Positions 12,366-22,858 of a stretch of DNA of 38,082 nucleotides are shown piece by piece. Each line of letters starts with the position of its first letter. The stretch's first letter is position 1. This DNA is from Chiloscyllium plagiosum. Taxonomy: Eukaryota. The notes under the pieces were generated by a model. The model saw only the letters and a program-made list of their open reading frames with translations. It did not search any database and was not told the DNA's origin. Location of the stretch: assembly GCF_004010195.1 (NCBI RefSeq), contig NW_025214012.1:1-38082 (forward strand), written 5' to 3'. Made by a program: the position numbers and the translations under genes.

Positions 12366-13199
12366 CTGTTAAACGTGGGATATAAAAAAACAATTGTCTT
12401 GAACTGACACAGATATCAGTAACACATTATCTAGATTACAACAATCCTGTAAAGCCTTACCAAACAGCAATCGGTGAGCAATTTTAGCACAGAGCTTCAG
12501 CAGTTCGAGGAGGTGCAAACTGCTCCTGATGTTCATACACTGGCTGCTCTCTCTCTCAATTTCAATCCAGTACACAAATTACTGAATGCTTTGACAAAGC
12601 GAAATATTATGTATGAAATGAGTAAACGTCTTTAAAACATTGCTGATACTGGGTGGAGGGAGTAGTAGGGTAGGGTGGGGAAGAGGAACAGTGAGTAAAA
12701 CAATGGGTCTTTTTTTGGTGTTGGGATTAGCAACGAATGACCCCAAATTCCAAATACCCCGCGACCCGTTAGCCTGCTCAGGAGTCCTGTCCCTTCACTT
12801 CCTGCTCCATTCTTTCCGTCTCTGTCACATTTACAGCAAGTTAAGTGGTAGGAATATTCATGGGGTACACTTTCCCACCCATCTCAGTCACTAATACGCA
12901 AATATACGTCTCCAAAAAACATTAAATAATCATGGACCACAGCAATGATTTAAAACAATATCATTTATTTTCAGCTCTATTCACACGAAAGGTAGATAAA
13001 CCAACAGTGACCTGATAAAATTAAAAAAGAAACAAAATAAAACTGAGCCAGGAATAGCGGGCCTGTTTCTGGGAAGAAGTTCAGGGTCTCTGTGGCTTAA
13101 ATCGCGGCCCCAGATACAGTATGTTTGGTTCCAGAATCATACTATGACCAAACATGAAACCTCTAACTGGGATTTAGCACCTGGTGCTTCCATCCCCTT

Positions 13200-13420
13200 T
13201 CGCCCTCACTCACCGACTGTCGATTGGAGACAACAACATTTCGGTCCAATGATCACTCGCCGCGAGCATGCGCACAGTTCATGTTAACCCTGTGCATGCT
13301 GTTGTTGACGTATAATGGCCAACTGCGAAGAAGAGGCGGCCCTACAGGACAAAGCAGGAGGCACTGGTCCTCCAACCAATCAGAGGAACTATTGGGCGCG
13401 CTGGGAGCCCTGATAAATCA
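13200..13420. promoter_or_regulatory. CpG-rich promoter-like segment
   Basis: CCAAT/ATTGG boxes at ~13223, 13246, 13376 and 13391, an NRF1-like GCATGCGCA at ~13267, and local CpG enrichment. No linked gene identified. Confidence 0.3.
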
Positions 13421-13549
13421 AAGAATGCTGTTGGGCTAAATTAAGCTAAGCAGAACTTCCACACCTCAACTCTCAACCAAACTTCGCTTGAAAGATTCTT
13501 CCAGTTCAAAAGAAAATTGTTAATGATGACTCTGTTTCCTTTCATTCAG

Positions 13550-13675
13550 GTGAAAATGAGGACTTCAGATGCTGAAGATCAGATTCAGCATCGGAGTGGC
13601 ACTCAAAACACACAGCAACTCACGCGGCTTCCGAGGAGCATGAAAATTGAATTTCAGGCAGGCAGCCTTCATCAG
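13550..13675 (-). mobile_element. Penelope-like terminal repeat fragment
   Basis: GAGGACTTCAGATGCTGAAGATCAG...CCGAGGAGCA...CCTTCATCAG is the same family as the copies at 2617, 5818 and 33258. Confidence 0.7.
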
Positions 13676-14687
13676 TAACCTATCACGCAGCCAATTTATG
13701 ATCAATATTGTTACTTTACGTTATATTCCTTCATCGCCAGGTTTCATGGACAGCGGGATCACAGAACATTTGCCATTTCCCCCCCAATCTACATTTATCT
13801 GATCGTTTTGGAATATTATCATCAAGACGTCTGCCTACCTCATCAAAAACATCGGCAGACAGTTCACTGCAATCTTCTATGAACAATTCTATTTTAGCTT
13901 TCCTGACAGAAACATATATTTCTTCACGTGGTACCTTATTTTGACTGGTAAGACCGTTTGCAACACGCTTCATACAGCTTTGAACGGTTGTCCTTTCAGT
14001 ACCGAATTAATTGACAAAACGTTTCTCATGGCAAACTAAAGGCGTGCATTCCTTTTTAAGATGAGGAAACGTGTCTGAATGAGTTGTGACTTGGGCATTA
14101 GTTATCATGAATACAAAGTAAAGACAATCAGGTTGTGATGCCGTTGATCTCGACCACACTTTCAGAAGCTGCCAGACAACTTGAATATTTCCAGTATTTT
14201 CTGTTTTTTTTTTCATAAATAACAGATTGCCAGTATTTTGCTTCTGCACTTGTTCTTGGGAAGAAAGGAATTAAAAGTTGTGGGTCGAAAGCAGGAGCAG
14301 TAGCCTCCTTCCGTCATGAAACTCCCAGCTCCTCCTCTGCTTTTGTAGTTTTGCGAAAACACTAACTGGCTTTAATATTGGATTTTATTGATAATCTAAG
14401 AGTTTGCGTGTGGCTCTTTCTGACCAAATATGGAATTTAAAAATCAGATCAATTTTTATCAATTTCACCATTTATGTGCTTATGTTCAGGTTCATAATTT
14501 TACTTTAAGGCGAAGGCCACATTTCATATTGGTAACGAAAAATGCTAACGATTTGCAGGCCATGGCTGTGTGAGCACGGAAACCAAATGACGAGACTTCC
14601 AGGAACAGTCTCTTTCTTTCACCCTGGACACTGTCTGATTCGGCATTATATTCTCTCATCCTTCTGCACATGATGCCTTCAGTTCTG
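13676..14687 (-). pseudogene. Candidate endogenous viral element: decayed bunyavirus/arenavirus-type L (RdRp) fragment
   Basis: Motif-F-like REEIYVSVRKAKIELFIEDCSE (13928-13863), motif-A-like INVDW-G-KW across a G7 run (13798-13773), and G-like FR(A)HTAMA (~14580). Needs frameshifts and was recognised by eye only. Confidence 0.4.
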
Positions 14688-15682
14688 NNNNNNNNNNNNN
14701 NNNNNNNNNNNNNNNNNNNNNNNNNNNNNNNNNNNNNNNNNNNNNNNNNNNNNNNNNNNNNNNNNNNNNNNNNNNNNNNNNNNNNNNNNNNNNNNNNNNN
14801 NNNNNNNNNNNNNNNNNNNNNNNNNNNNNNNNNNNNNNNNNNNNNNNNNNNNNNNNNNNNNNNNNNNNNNNNNNNNNNNNNNNNNNNNNNNNNNNNNNNN
14901 NNNNNNNNNNNNNNNNNNNNNNNNNNNNNNNNNNNNNNNNNNNNNNNNNNNNNNNNNNNNNNNNNNNNNNNNNNNNNNNNNNNNNNNNNNNNNNNNNNNN
15001 NNNNNNNNNNNNNNNNNNNNNNNNNNNNNNNNNNNNNNNNNNNNNNNNNNNNNNNNNNNNNNNNNNNNNNNNNNNNNNNNNNNNNNNNNNNNNNNNNNNN
15101 NNNNNNNNNNNNNNNNNNNNNNNNNNNNNNNNNNNNNNNNNNNNNNNNNNNNNNNNNNNNNNNNNNNNNNNNNNNNNNNNNNNNNNNNNNNNNNNNNNNN
15201 NNNNNNNNNNNNNNNNNNNNNNNNNNNNNNNNNNNNNNNNNNNNNNNNNNNNNNNNNNNNNNNNNNNNNNNNNNNNNNNNNNNNNNNNNNNNNNNNNNNN
15301 NNNNNNNNNNNNNNNNNNNNNNNNNNNNNNNNNNNNNNNNNNNNNNNNNNNNNNNNNNNNNNNNNNNNNNNNNNNNNNNNNNNNNNNNNNNNNNNNNNNN
15401 NNNNNNNNNNNNNNNNNNNNNNNNNNNNNNNNNNNNNNNNNNNNNNNNNNNNNNNNNNNNNNNNNNNNNNNNNNNNNNNNNNNNNNNNNNNNNNNNNNNN
15501 NNNNNNNNNNNNNNNNNNNNNNNNNNNNNNNNNNNNNNNNNNNNNNNNNNNNNNNNNNNNNNNNNNNNNNNNNNNNNNNNNNNNNNNNNNNNNNNNNNNN
15601 NNNNNNNNNNNNNNNNNNNNNNNNNNNNNNNNNNNNNNNNNNNNNNNNNNNNNNNNNNNNNNNNNNNNNNNNNNNNNNNNNN
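14688..15682. other. Assembly gap (N run)
   Basis: Run of n characters. Confidence 1.
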
Positions 15683-16033
15683 GGAATCAGGTTTTATTGT
15701 TGCTGACAGTGACAACAGCGAGAGGGGAGCAACACTGATGGGGATACTTTCAATGTCTCAGATCAGTTCATGCCTCGAGAACATCAGAGTTATTCCCCCT
15801 GCTCCTTCCAGAAGGGGAATGCCCCTTGACAGTCTCGCTCAGTCGGTCAGGTCACCCTTCATTCCCCTCCAACAGAGTTTCTAAAGATTCACAGATTTGA
15901 AACGAGGCTCTGTTTAATAGTTTTCTTTTCGCTCCCAGGGATTGCAGAGATTGGGTTGGGTTGAAATTGATAATGTGCAAAAGAGCAGCGTGCGAGACTA
16001 TTCTATCTTTCCCTCTTCTGACAGCGCCTTTAG

Positions 16034-17791
16034 ATTGACTCTGATGTTCTCGGTTACATTTATCGATCGGAGACGTTAACCAGAATATTAAGAATTGCCA
16101 CAATTAATTCCAAACACAATGAAATTCTTTCAAATGTTCTGACTACAAAGTACTCAGAAACTGCACAGTTTAGAGAGATATTGAGGAATATCAAGTTTTA
16201 GAAGATAAACCATTTACTTTACAAGATGCATGTAATGAAGACCGTCAATTCTTTTGAATGATTCGGTGCAATTGTTTTCATCATGTTAGTACTTTCTATT
16301 ATCACACCGAACTTCCGTTTAAAAGCGAATCTGATAAACAAAGAATTGCGGTATAATCGATTGAAACATTGTCAACAGTAAATCTTGGCAGCCGACAATA
16401 CTTATAAGTGGAAAATAGATTGAAGTTGGGCAAAGGTTCATATCAATAGTTCAGACATCCCAGCATTTCAAACATTCTTGTACATAAGGAAGCGGTGCAT
16501 TGTTGTTGAGGAAAAATTCTTCCTCCTGCAGATAAGGAACTCAAAGCACATCTCGACTTTGGGGCAATTAGTTTGCAAGTGTAATAAAATGCGGCAGTGT
16601 TCTTGTGAAATTGAAGAGTCGAATGAACAACCCCCAGATTTCCAAAAAGCAAATCATGAAGCCACTGATTCAAGTCTGTGCAGGTCTGTGATGATATCAG
16701 GGACAGGAGAAACAATTGTAACCGTCTCAGGGTGAACAACTAGTAAATATAATCAACTTCACCACTAACTGCAATAGTTCCCACATTGTGAAGCGGACAA
16801 TTTCGCAAAGAAAACACACTTGTTCTCATAAAGCTTTGATTCACCCTATGTCTGCATATTCAAAGGAATTACCACTTATCTTAAAAAATCTACGTCTACT
16901 TTCGTGCTTTTCCTCGATATGTCGACGTTAAGTTGAGCTGAATGAAAATGTCGAGTATCTCATTAGTTTGGGAGTTTCGCGGCCATACAACTCAGTTTCT
17001 CTGAATGGTAATTAAATATATGTGATCGTTGTCAGCAGTGATTACTTCCACTTATGAGGTAAAGGCTGAAGTAAATGATGTTAAACTACATGACAATTGA
17101 AACATACACTTCAACAATATCCCAGGCTATCCTCTCAGCCTTTGATATTCTGTGCAAAACAGTTCATATCAGTCGTCATTCATATCCATTGATGGAAACT
17201 CCACAGCCCCTGGAAATATCGAAGTTGAAGTTTCAGCCCATTCTGAGTTCCAACATCTCAGTCGAGACTTCGCTAAGTGGTCTTCCTATGTTTGTGTTGT
17301 TGTTTCTGATATATCCTCTGCCACTGTTAGTATTTTTCTTTAAGTGTGTTAGTTTTTGTGATGCCGCGTTAGTATTCAGTGGTCAATACCTTGGTTTATG
17401 GCCGCATCAGTACATTTAGAATTCGAGTCATGGTACGTAATATGTTCCCCCTTTTACTCTATGTGACATGTACTAAATCAGCACAGCCTGGAATCACATG
17501 AAAATATTATCCAAGGTGATGATTTTCTTTCTTCAGAACCTGCTCTCTCTCACATCTCGGCCTGTTATGTATAAGGAATCGGAACCACCCATTGTCGGAT
17601 ATTTTTGTCTTTCTCCCACACTTACTGACCCTTCTCTCAATATCCTCTTCAAGTTCCCTCAGGTACTGCGCAATCTAACACTTAATTTCGCATTGACCCC
17701 ATTCAATCTGTGGTGCTGCAGTCATTCTGCTGGGTGCACATGCTCCAATCTCAGCTTTGGCAACTTGAAACGAATGGATCCTGTTAGATGA
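16034..17791 (+). pseudogene. Decayed coding-like region resembling a membrane glycoprotein precursor (possible viral origin)
   Basis: The frame 16034-16735 has only 4 internal stops in 234 codons. It has a hydrophobic segment (FGAIVFIMLVLSII), Cys clusters, and N-x-S/T sites further on, followed by a TM-like MFVLLFLIYPLPLLVFFFKC at ~17288-17347. Confidence 0.25.
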
Positions 17792-17869
17792 CGTGTTGTT
17801 CGAACAAAGCTCAAGTAGCTACTTTAACTACCATGAACCAGAGATTCTTGGAGCACGAGTATCAGGACA

Positions 17870-18068
17870 CGAGAAGATTTAGGTGAATTGGCCATGCTAA
17901 ATTTCGCATCCTGTTCAGGCATGTTTAAGTTGGGCGCATTAGTTAGTGGTAAATATACAATAAAAGGACAGGAGAATAGGTCTGGTTGAATTACTCTTCG
18001 GAAGGTCAGTGTGGACTTGTTGAACTAAACGGCCTGTTTCCACACTGTACAAGTTCCATGATTCTATG
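17870..18068 (+). mobile_element. SINE 3' part (HE1-like)
   Basis: GGTGAATTGGCCATGCTAAAT...CTCTTCGGAAGGTCAGTGTGGACTTGTT...GGCCTGTTTCCACACTGTA followed by an ATTCTATG tail. Confidence 0.75.
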
Positions 18069-18349
18069 AAAAGGACACAAGTTATTATTGAGCAAAAGAG
18101 AGTTTGCTGGAAAAGTGTATGTGACTTTCTGATCATTTATTTGATTTGTTCAGAAAAAAAAACTCCTTTTCAGCCATCGCGTGTTTGGAATCTTGAACTC
18201 GCAGTAAGGGTCAGAAATCCTCATCACTTGAAGAACTATTCAGGTGTGAATTTCTGAAGCCATCACATGGCTATGGTATCAGTGGTTTTAAAGGGATTAG
18301 GATAGTGAAATAATTGTTATTGCCCAGTCCCGACATAGAAACTGAGGGG

Positions 18350-18429
18350 GCTTCGTTTTTCACAGTCGCCCTGGGTAGTAAGTCTGCCTGTCACCGCGCA
18401 TATCCGAGGTTCAGTTACCCATCGAGAAA
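18350..18429 (+). pseudogene. Degenerate tRNA-Asp(GTC)-like pseudogene
   Basis: AGTA..CTGCCTGTCAC.GCG..ATCCGAGGTTCAGTTACCCATCGAG aligns by eye with vertebrate tRNA-Asp (AGTATCCCCGCCTGTCACGCGGGAGACCGGGGTTCGATTCCCCGACGGG). The D arm is disrupted. Confidence 0.45.
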
Positions 18430-18444
18430 AGTGCTTGCCTTTTC

Positions 18445-18843
18445 AGGCAACTCTGTGGTTAACACTGTTGTCTCTCGGCGCCAGGAAACCAGTTTTTTAT
18501 ATTAACCTGGAGTGATTGATAATGTAGAGTTTGCACATTATTCCGCATGGGTTTCCTTTGGCTGCTTAGATTACTTCAAAGTACCCAGTGATGAGCACGT
18601 TAGGAAGATGGTAAATAAAATGCCGAAAGAGATGAAAGTACTGTAAATCAGAGACAAAAAATAGGAATTAAAGCATCAGAGAATTCGGAGTTAACATTTC
18701 GACTCGAGTGAACTCCCTCAGAACAGTTCTTGATAGAAATGTTAACTCTGATTGGTCTCCACTGATGCTGTCAGCTTTTTTTAGTTGCTTGGTAAGTGCG
18801 GGGCTGGAAAGAAAGGGTCACGGAGTGTGAAGCTCTTCGGATT
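18445..18843 (+). mobile_element. Old SINE interrupted by a Penelope-terminal palindromic remnant (~18642-18780) and by the provirus; continues at 25535-25593
   Basis: The SINE body ends ...GCTCTTCGGATT at 18843 and resumes after the 3' LTR as (GATT)AAATGTGCAGATTCAATGGGCTGAACGG...GGGATTCTAT. Confidence 0.7.
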
Positions 18844-19406
18844 TGCGGGAGATCAGAAATGTAGTTTCTGCACGTGGTGGGTGGGGTGTTGCGGGGATGG
18901 GACATTATACAAACGGACGCAGAATTCTTGTAGCATGTAGAATGTAGCATACTTAAGGCTAAGACTTTAAAGAATATAGAGGGTCTTTTAACGAAAATAG
19001 TTTCAAGCTAGGAAATAACTTTAAAGTGATGTAGTTGACCACAAAAAGAGGCAGCGGGGACATTTCACAATAAAGATTACAGTATGATAAGAGAAACTGG
19101 ATAAAAGAACAAAATGTAACAAACAAGGAACAAAAAATGCAACCATATAAGGACAACAGGATGGCCAGATAATAAAATAACGAGAGAAAGAAAACAACAA
19201 GTGAGCTAATCGGCTTATGATAGGATGGGAAAAGGGAGGCGTGATTCCACAACTTGTAAACTGAATAAGAAAGCTAGCATGTTCTGTTTTCGCGCGCATT
19301 TCTGCTTGATTGTAGAAGCGTCCGGTACTTGCAAGGCTGTAATAAATTGTTCTTGTTTCCAAGGCTTTTTCTCAGGCTGATTTATGAGTGAGTTCTGTTT
19401 CTCACA
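18844..19406 (+). repeat. 5' LTR (563 bp)
   Basis: TGCGGGAG...TTTCTCACA, a direct repeat of 24979-25534, with AATAAA at 19341-19346. Confidence 0.97.
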
Positions 19407-19408
19407 AT

Positions 19409-19428
19409 TGGGGACCTCGTTCCGGGAT
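19409..19428 (+). promoter_or_regulatory. Primer-binding site, tRNA-Pro-like
   Basis: TGGGGACCTCGTTCCGGGAT lies 2 nt after the LTR. The canonical Pro PBS is TGGGGGCTCGTCCGGGAT. Confidence 0.8.
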
Positions 19429-19861
19429 CCAAAACTTCGACCGCTCGACACTATTGGGACGACGGGGGAGGTGCACCTCGCCGATTTCGGTGATCTCCGA
19501 CTCCCTTGCTTGCTATTCGCGGTTCGGGTGAGTATGAGCCGGACTTAGAGAAGCTGAAAACAAGGCGGCAGACGCGGCGGGTTCAGTCGGGCAACTCTTG
19601 TGCACAAGACCCGGGTAGGGAAAGGTCTTAAAGGGTATATCTGGGCGACCGAGGACAGCAGTTTTTGCTGCAGGAATTGCCGGGGGGGGGGGCGGGGCAC
19701 ACCAAAACGCCCAAGTAACTCTGTGCACAGACGATGGTAAGAAAAGAGACCTGAAAGTATGGCCTTGGTGGTCAGGATGCACGAAAGTACGGGGAATTGG
19801 CGAGATATAAAATAAAGCAGATGTCAATGGAAAACAAACCGTGTCAGAAGGGCTAGTCACT

Positions 19862-19960
19862 GAAGGGCTACTGAGGGTGCACTTCGTAACTAACTTACGG
19901 CCAGACGTCCAAAAAAATATTCAAAAGCTCGAGGAGTTGTTGCGGGAAGCTCAAAGTGTC
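19862..19960 (+). pseudogene. Extra gag capsid C-terminal fragment in the ERV leader
   Basis: EGLLRVHFVTNLRPDVQKNIQKLEELLREAQSV is homologous to the main gag segment QGLLKVQFVTKSWPDI...EELLCEEQKV at ~21504-21609. Confidence 0.75.
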
Positions 19961-20397
19961 TGTGAGACACGGTTTCTGTGTGTGTCTGTACAGCTTGTAG
20001 AAAGTTTAACCCTTTGTGATTCGGTTTCAATGCACATTTGTTTGTTGGTGATTGAATGCTTGTACTTTGTTCCTTGGAGCTTCAGATCCGGGACTGTTTT
20101 GAATCTGATTTCTACTATGGAAATTTTAATACGATTTCTTTTAAGGTTCAGGATTTTAAAGATTATGAAATAAAATGTAAACTCCTGTTATTTTTACAGG
20201 TCATGACTGCCTTGCTGTCAGTTTCTAACTAATCACTTTTGTCCTTGCGTAAAAGTGATTTATGGAGAACAGTTGAAGTTTAAAAAACATATAATTGGTC
20301 AGATTAATCGGACGAGTAAGGTGTCTAGTCAGGACACTGAAGGGGGTGTGGAAGAAAGTGACACCGGACCTCGTTAAGATTAATTAAATTAGCAACA

Positions 20398-21871
20398 ATG
20401 GGAGGCACGGGGAGTTGCCTGTGTAACGATCGATTTGTAAGTAACGTTAAAGGGGGTATATCCCGCCCGACAGTTCTTTGGGGAGAATGTTGAGTAAGTG
20501 GGAGAAAGATAAGGCTACAATGATAAACTATTGTTGTTTCATTTGGACGAGAGAAATTATTAAGGCACCTGGTATTTTTTTGGGCCAAATATGGGTCCGA
20601 TGAGGATTGGCTGTGTCAAGATCTTAATATATATGTCAATCGAAAAGAACCATACAGTCAAAAACGGTCCGATTATTCGGCTTGTTGGGTAGGGAGCGCG
20701 GGAGTAAAATTATGTCCCATGAATACGGAGGAATCAGGGAAAGTACAGAAAAAGAATGAACAAGGGAAGCCACAATGGGATCCCTTAACGTGTTTGCCGC
20801 CCCCATATCCTACACCCCGGAACGAGCCGACAGATCCCGAAGTAGAACCGAGTCCAGACACAGAAAGGGGAACGGACTCTGAACTAAAAGACACAGAACT
20901 TAGGGGGCACAGAATCACTCGATCCACCACACGTAAAGGAGAGACAAGGATAATGGAAAATGCAAAATTATGTCCCTTAAGAGAGGTTCCAATTGGGGAA
21001 TGTGCAATCGGATATGTAAACGCTCATTTATCCAGCAGTGAAGTTAGGGTCTTTCAAAAGGAACTGAAAAGTTTAACAGAGGATCAGGTTGGACTAGCCG
21101 AACAGTTAGATCAATTCCTAGGACCTAATTTATATACCTGGGGAGGACTGATGGCAATTTTAGGAACGTTATTTTCAGGGGAAGAACGACTTATGATTAG
21201 GAGAGCGGCTTTATAGGAATGGGAAAAGAAGCACCCAGTTGGGGAAGAAGGGGCTCCAGCAGAACAGAAATTCCCAAATGTTGACCTCATTAGGAAAACA
21301 AGGTCAGAGAAGATAGAGAGTCAATGCGGGATCTATGAGAAATGAGAACATTAGGAATTAAAGAGGTGGCACCTCGATCACAAATCTTTGTTAATGCCTT
21401 TGAAGAAAGATAAGAGAAGGATGAAACCGCTTCTGCAATTCTTAAAAGGCTCAAGGAGGCCACAAGGAAGTATTCGGGAATGGGTCCCAATAATCCGATA
21501 GCACAAGGACTCTTAAAGGTCCAGTTTGTAACTAAATCATGGCCGGACATAGATGGATGGAGTGAAAGAAACAGATGGAAGAACTGTTATGTGAGGAACA
21601 GAAAGTGAATGTCAAAAGGGGAGACGAGAAGCAGAAAAAGAAAGCCAAAATGATCATGGAGGCAGTAGAAGAAATAACAAAAAGGAGACTGGGATCAAAG
21701 GATAATAGGAAGGGTAGGGGCGGACACGAAAGACAAAGGTCAGACATATGGGGAAGGAGGCAACAGGCAGGGTCTTACCATTGCGGGAAAGTGGAGCATT
21801 TTAAACGGGAATGCCCAGAATTAGCACGAGAAATGGAAGCCGTTTCCATAATAACCTTAGCTGAAGATTAG
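20398..21871 (+). pseudogene. gag: ERV gag (MA-CA-NC), disrupted
   Basis: Myristoylation-type start MGGTGS, MA-like INYCCFIW..KYGSDEDWLCQDLNIYVN, late-domain PPPY, CA YVNAHLSSSEVRVFQKELKSL..EQLDQFLGPNLYTW, and a degenerate zinc knuckle SYHCGKVEHFKREC. Ends in amber TAG. Confidence 0.93.
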
Positions 21872-22231
21872 GGGAGTCAGGAGTTCCTTGCTGCTGAGAC
21901 CCACTGTGAACCCTTGATAAATTTAAAGGTGGAACCTGAAGGGGAGGAGGCAGTATTTTTGGTGGACACGGGAGCGGCCCGATCATCCCTAAGTTTGAGA
22001 CCTACCGGTATTAAACTGACTAACAAGAATCTCCGGGTTTCGGGAGTAAAAGGCGAGGAGTTCTTGGTGTCTATTTTTGAACCAACCCTAATTAGAAGAA
22101 ATTATGAGGAAGTGATAGGACAATTACTATATATTCCTGACATTGGAAGTAATCTATTAGGTCGGGATTTGATTATATTGCTGGGCTTAAAGGTTGGGGT
22201 GGAGGGTAGTGCAGGAACTGTAACGATGGCT
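21872..22231 (+). pseudogene. pro: Retroviral aspartic protease, in frame with gag after TAG-G (readthrough type)
   Basis: FLVDTGAARSSL and NLLGRDL motifs, in the same frame as gag (ORFs starting 21575 and 21914 share a frame). Confidence 0.93.
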
Positions 22232-22858
22232 AATTCATCCCAAGGAAGATGGGTCCTCCCAGATGGAAGGGAGTTATTAAGTAAACCAGTCATGAGAAAC
22301 ATCCTGACCATCTTGCATCAAGGCAGCCATTGGGGCCCACAAGCTATGTGTGACATAGTGTTAAGGAAGTACAGACGTAAAGGGATACACACATTAGCCA
22401 AGCAGGATGCCCGACTTGCCAAAAGATTAATAAGAAAGTAACGGGGTGGGGGGAAGAGGTGGAAGAAAACATAGGGTAAGACCTTTTCAAAGAATACAGG
22501 TGGATTACACAGAATTACCCCTAGTAGGGAAACAAAAGTACTTATTAGTCCTAATGGATCACCTAACTGGGTGGGTGGAGGCATTTCCAATGTGCTCAGC
22601 TACCTGGAAGGGAGTAGTGAAAACTCCTTTAGAACATATAATTCCACAATATGGAGTGGGGGAATGTATAGATTCAGACGAAGGTAGCCATTTTACCTCT
22701 GAGATCCTACAAGGAGTAATGGCGGGATTCGAAATCTCTTAGGAATTCCACACACCTTGGCACCTGCCTTCCTCTGGATGGGTGAAACGAATGAATCAAA
22801 CCTTAAAGGAGCAATTGTCTAAGCTAGTCCTAGAGACTCGTATACCATGGACAGAATG

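Noticed and set aside
13121..13155. 9-bp inverted repeat ATGTTTGGT/ACCAAACAT
   Set aside because: Short enough to occur by chance in 38 kb, with no supporting context.
13415..13549. Possible continuation of the L-like frame with a motif-B-like LNLAQ/SIL on the minus strand
   Set aside because: It needs several substitutions and a frameshift, the spacing is short and no SDD follows. Too weak to count as evidence.
14492..15884. 404-407 aa ORFs in the track
   Set aside because: They are artefacts of translating through the N gap.
17041..17790. Minus-strand reading of this region as a protein
   Set aside because: My manual translation gave about 13 stops in 240 codons, close to random. The plus strand is the better candidate.
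18959..19451. Minus-strand ORFs duplicated at 25087-25651
   Set aside because: They are antisense translations of the two LTRs, and their similarity reflects LTR identity only.
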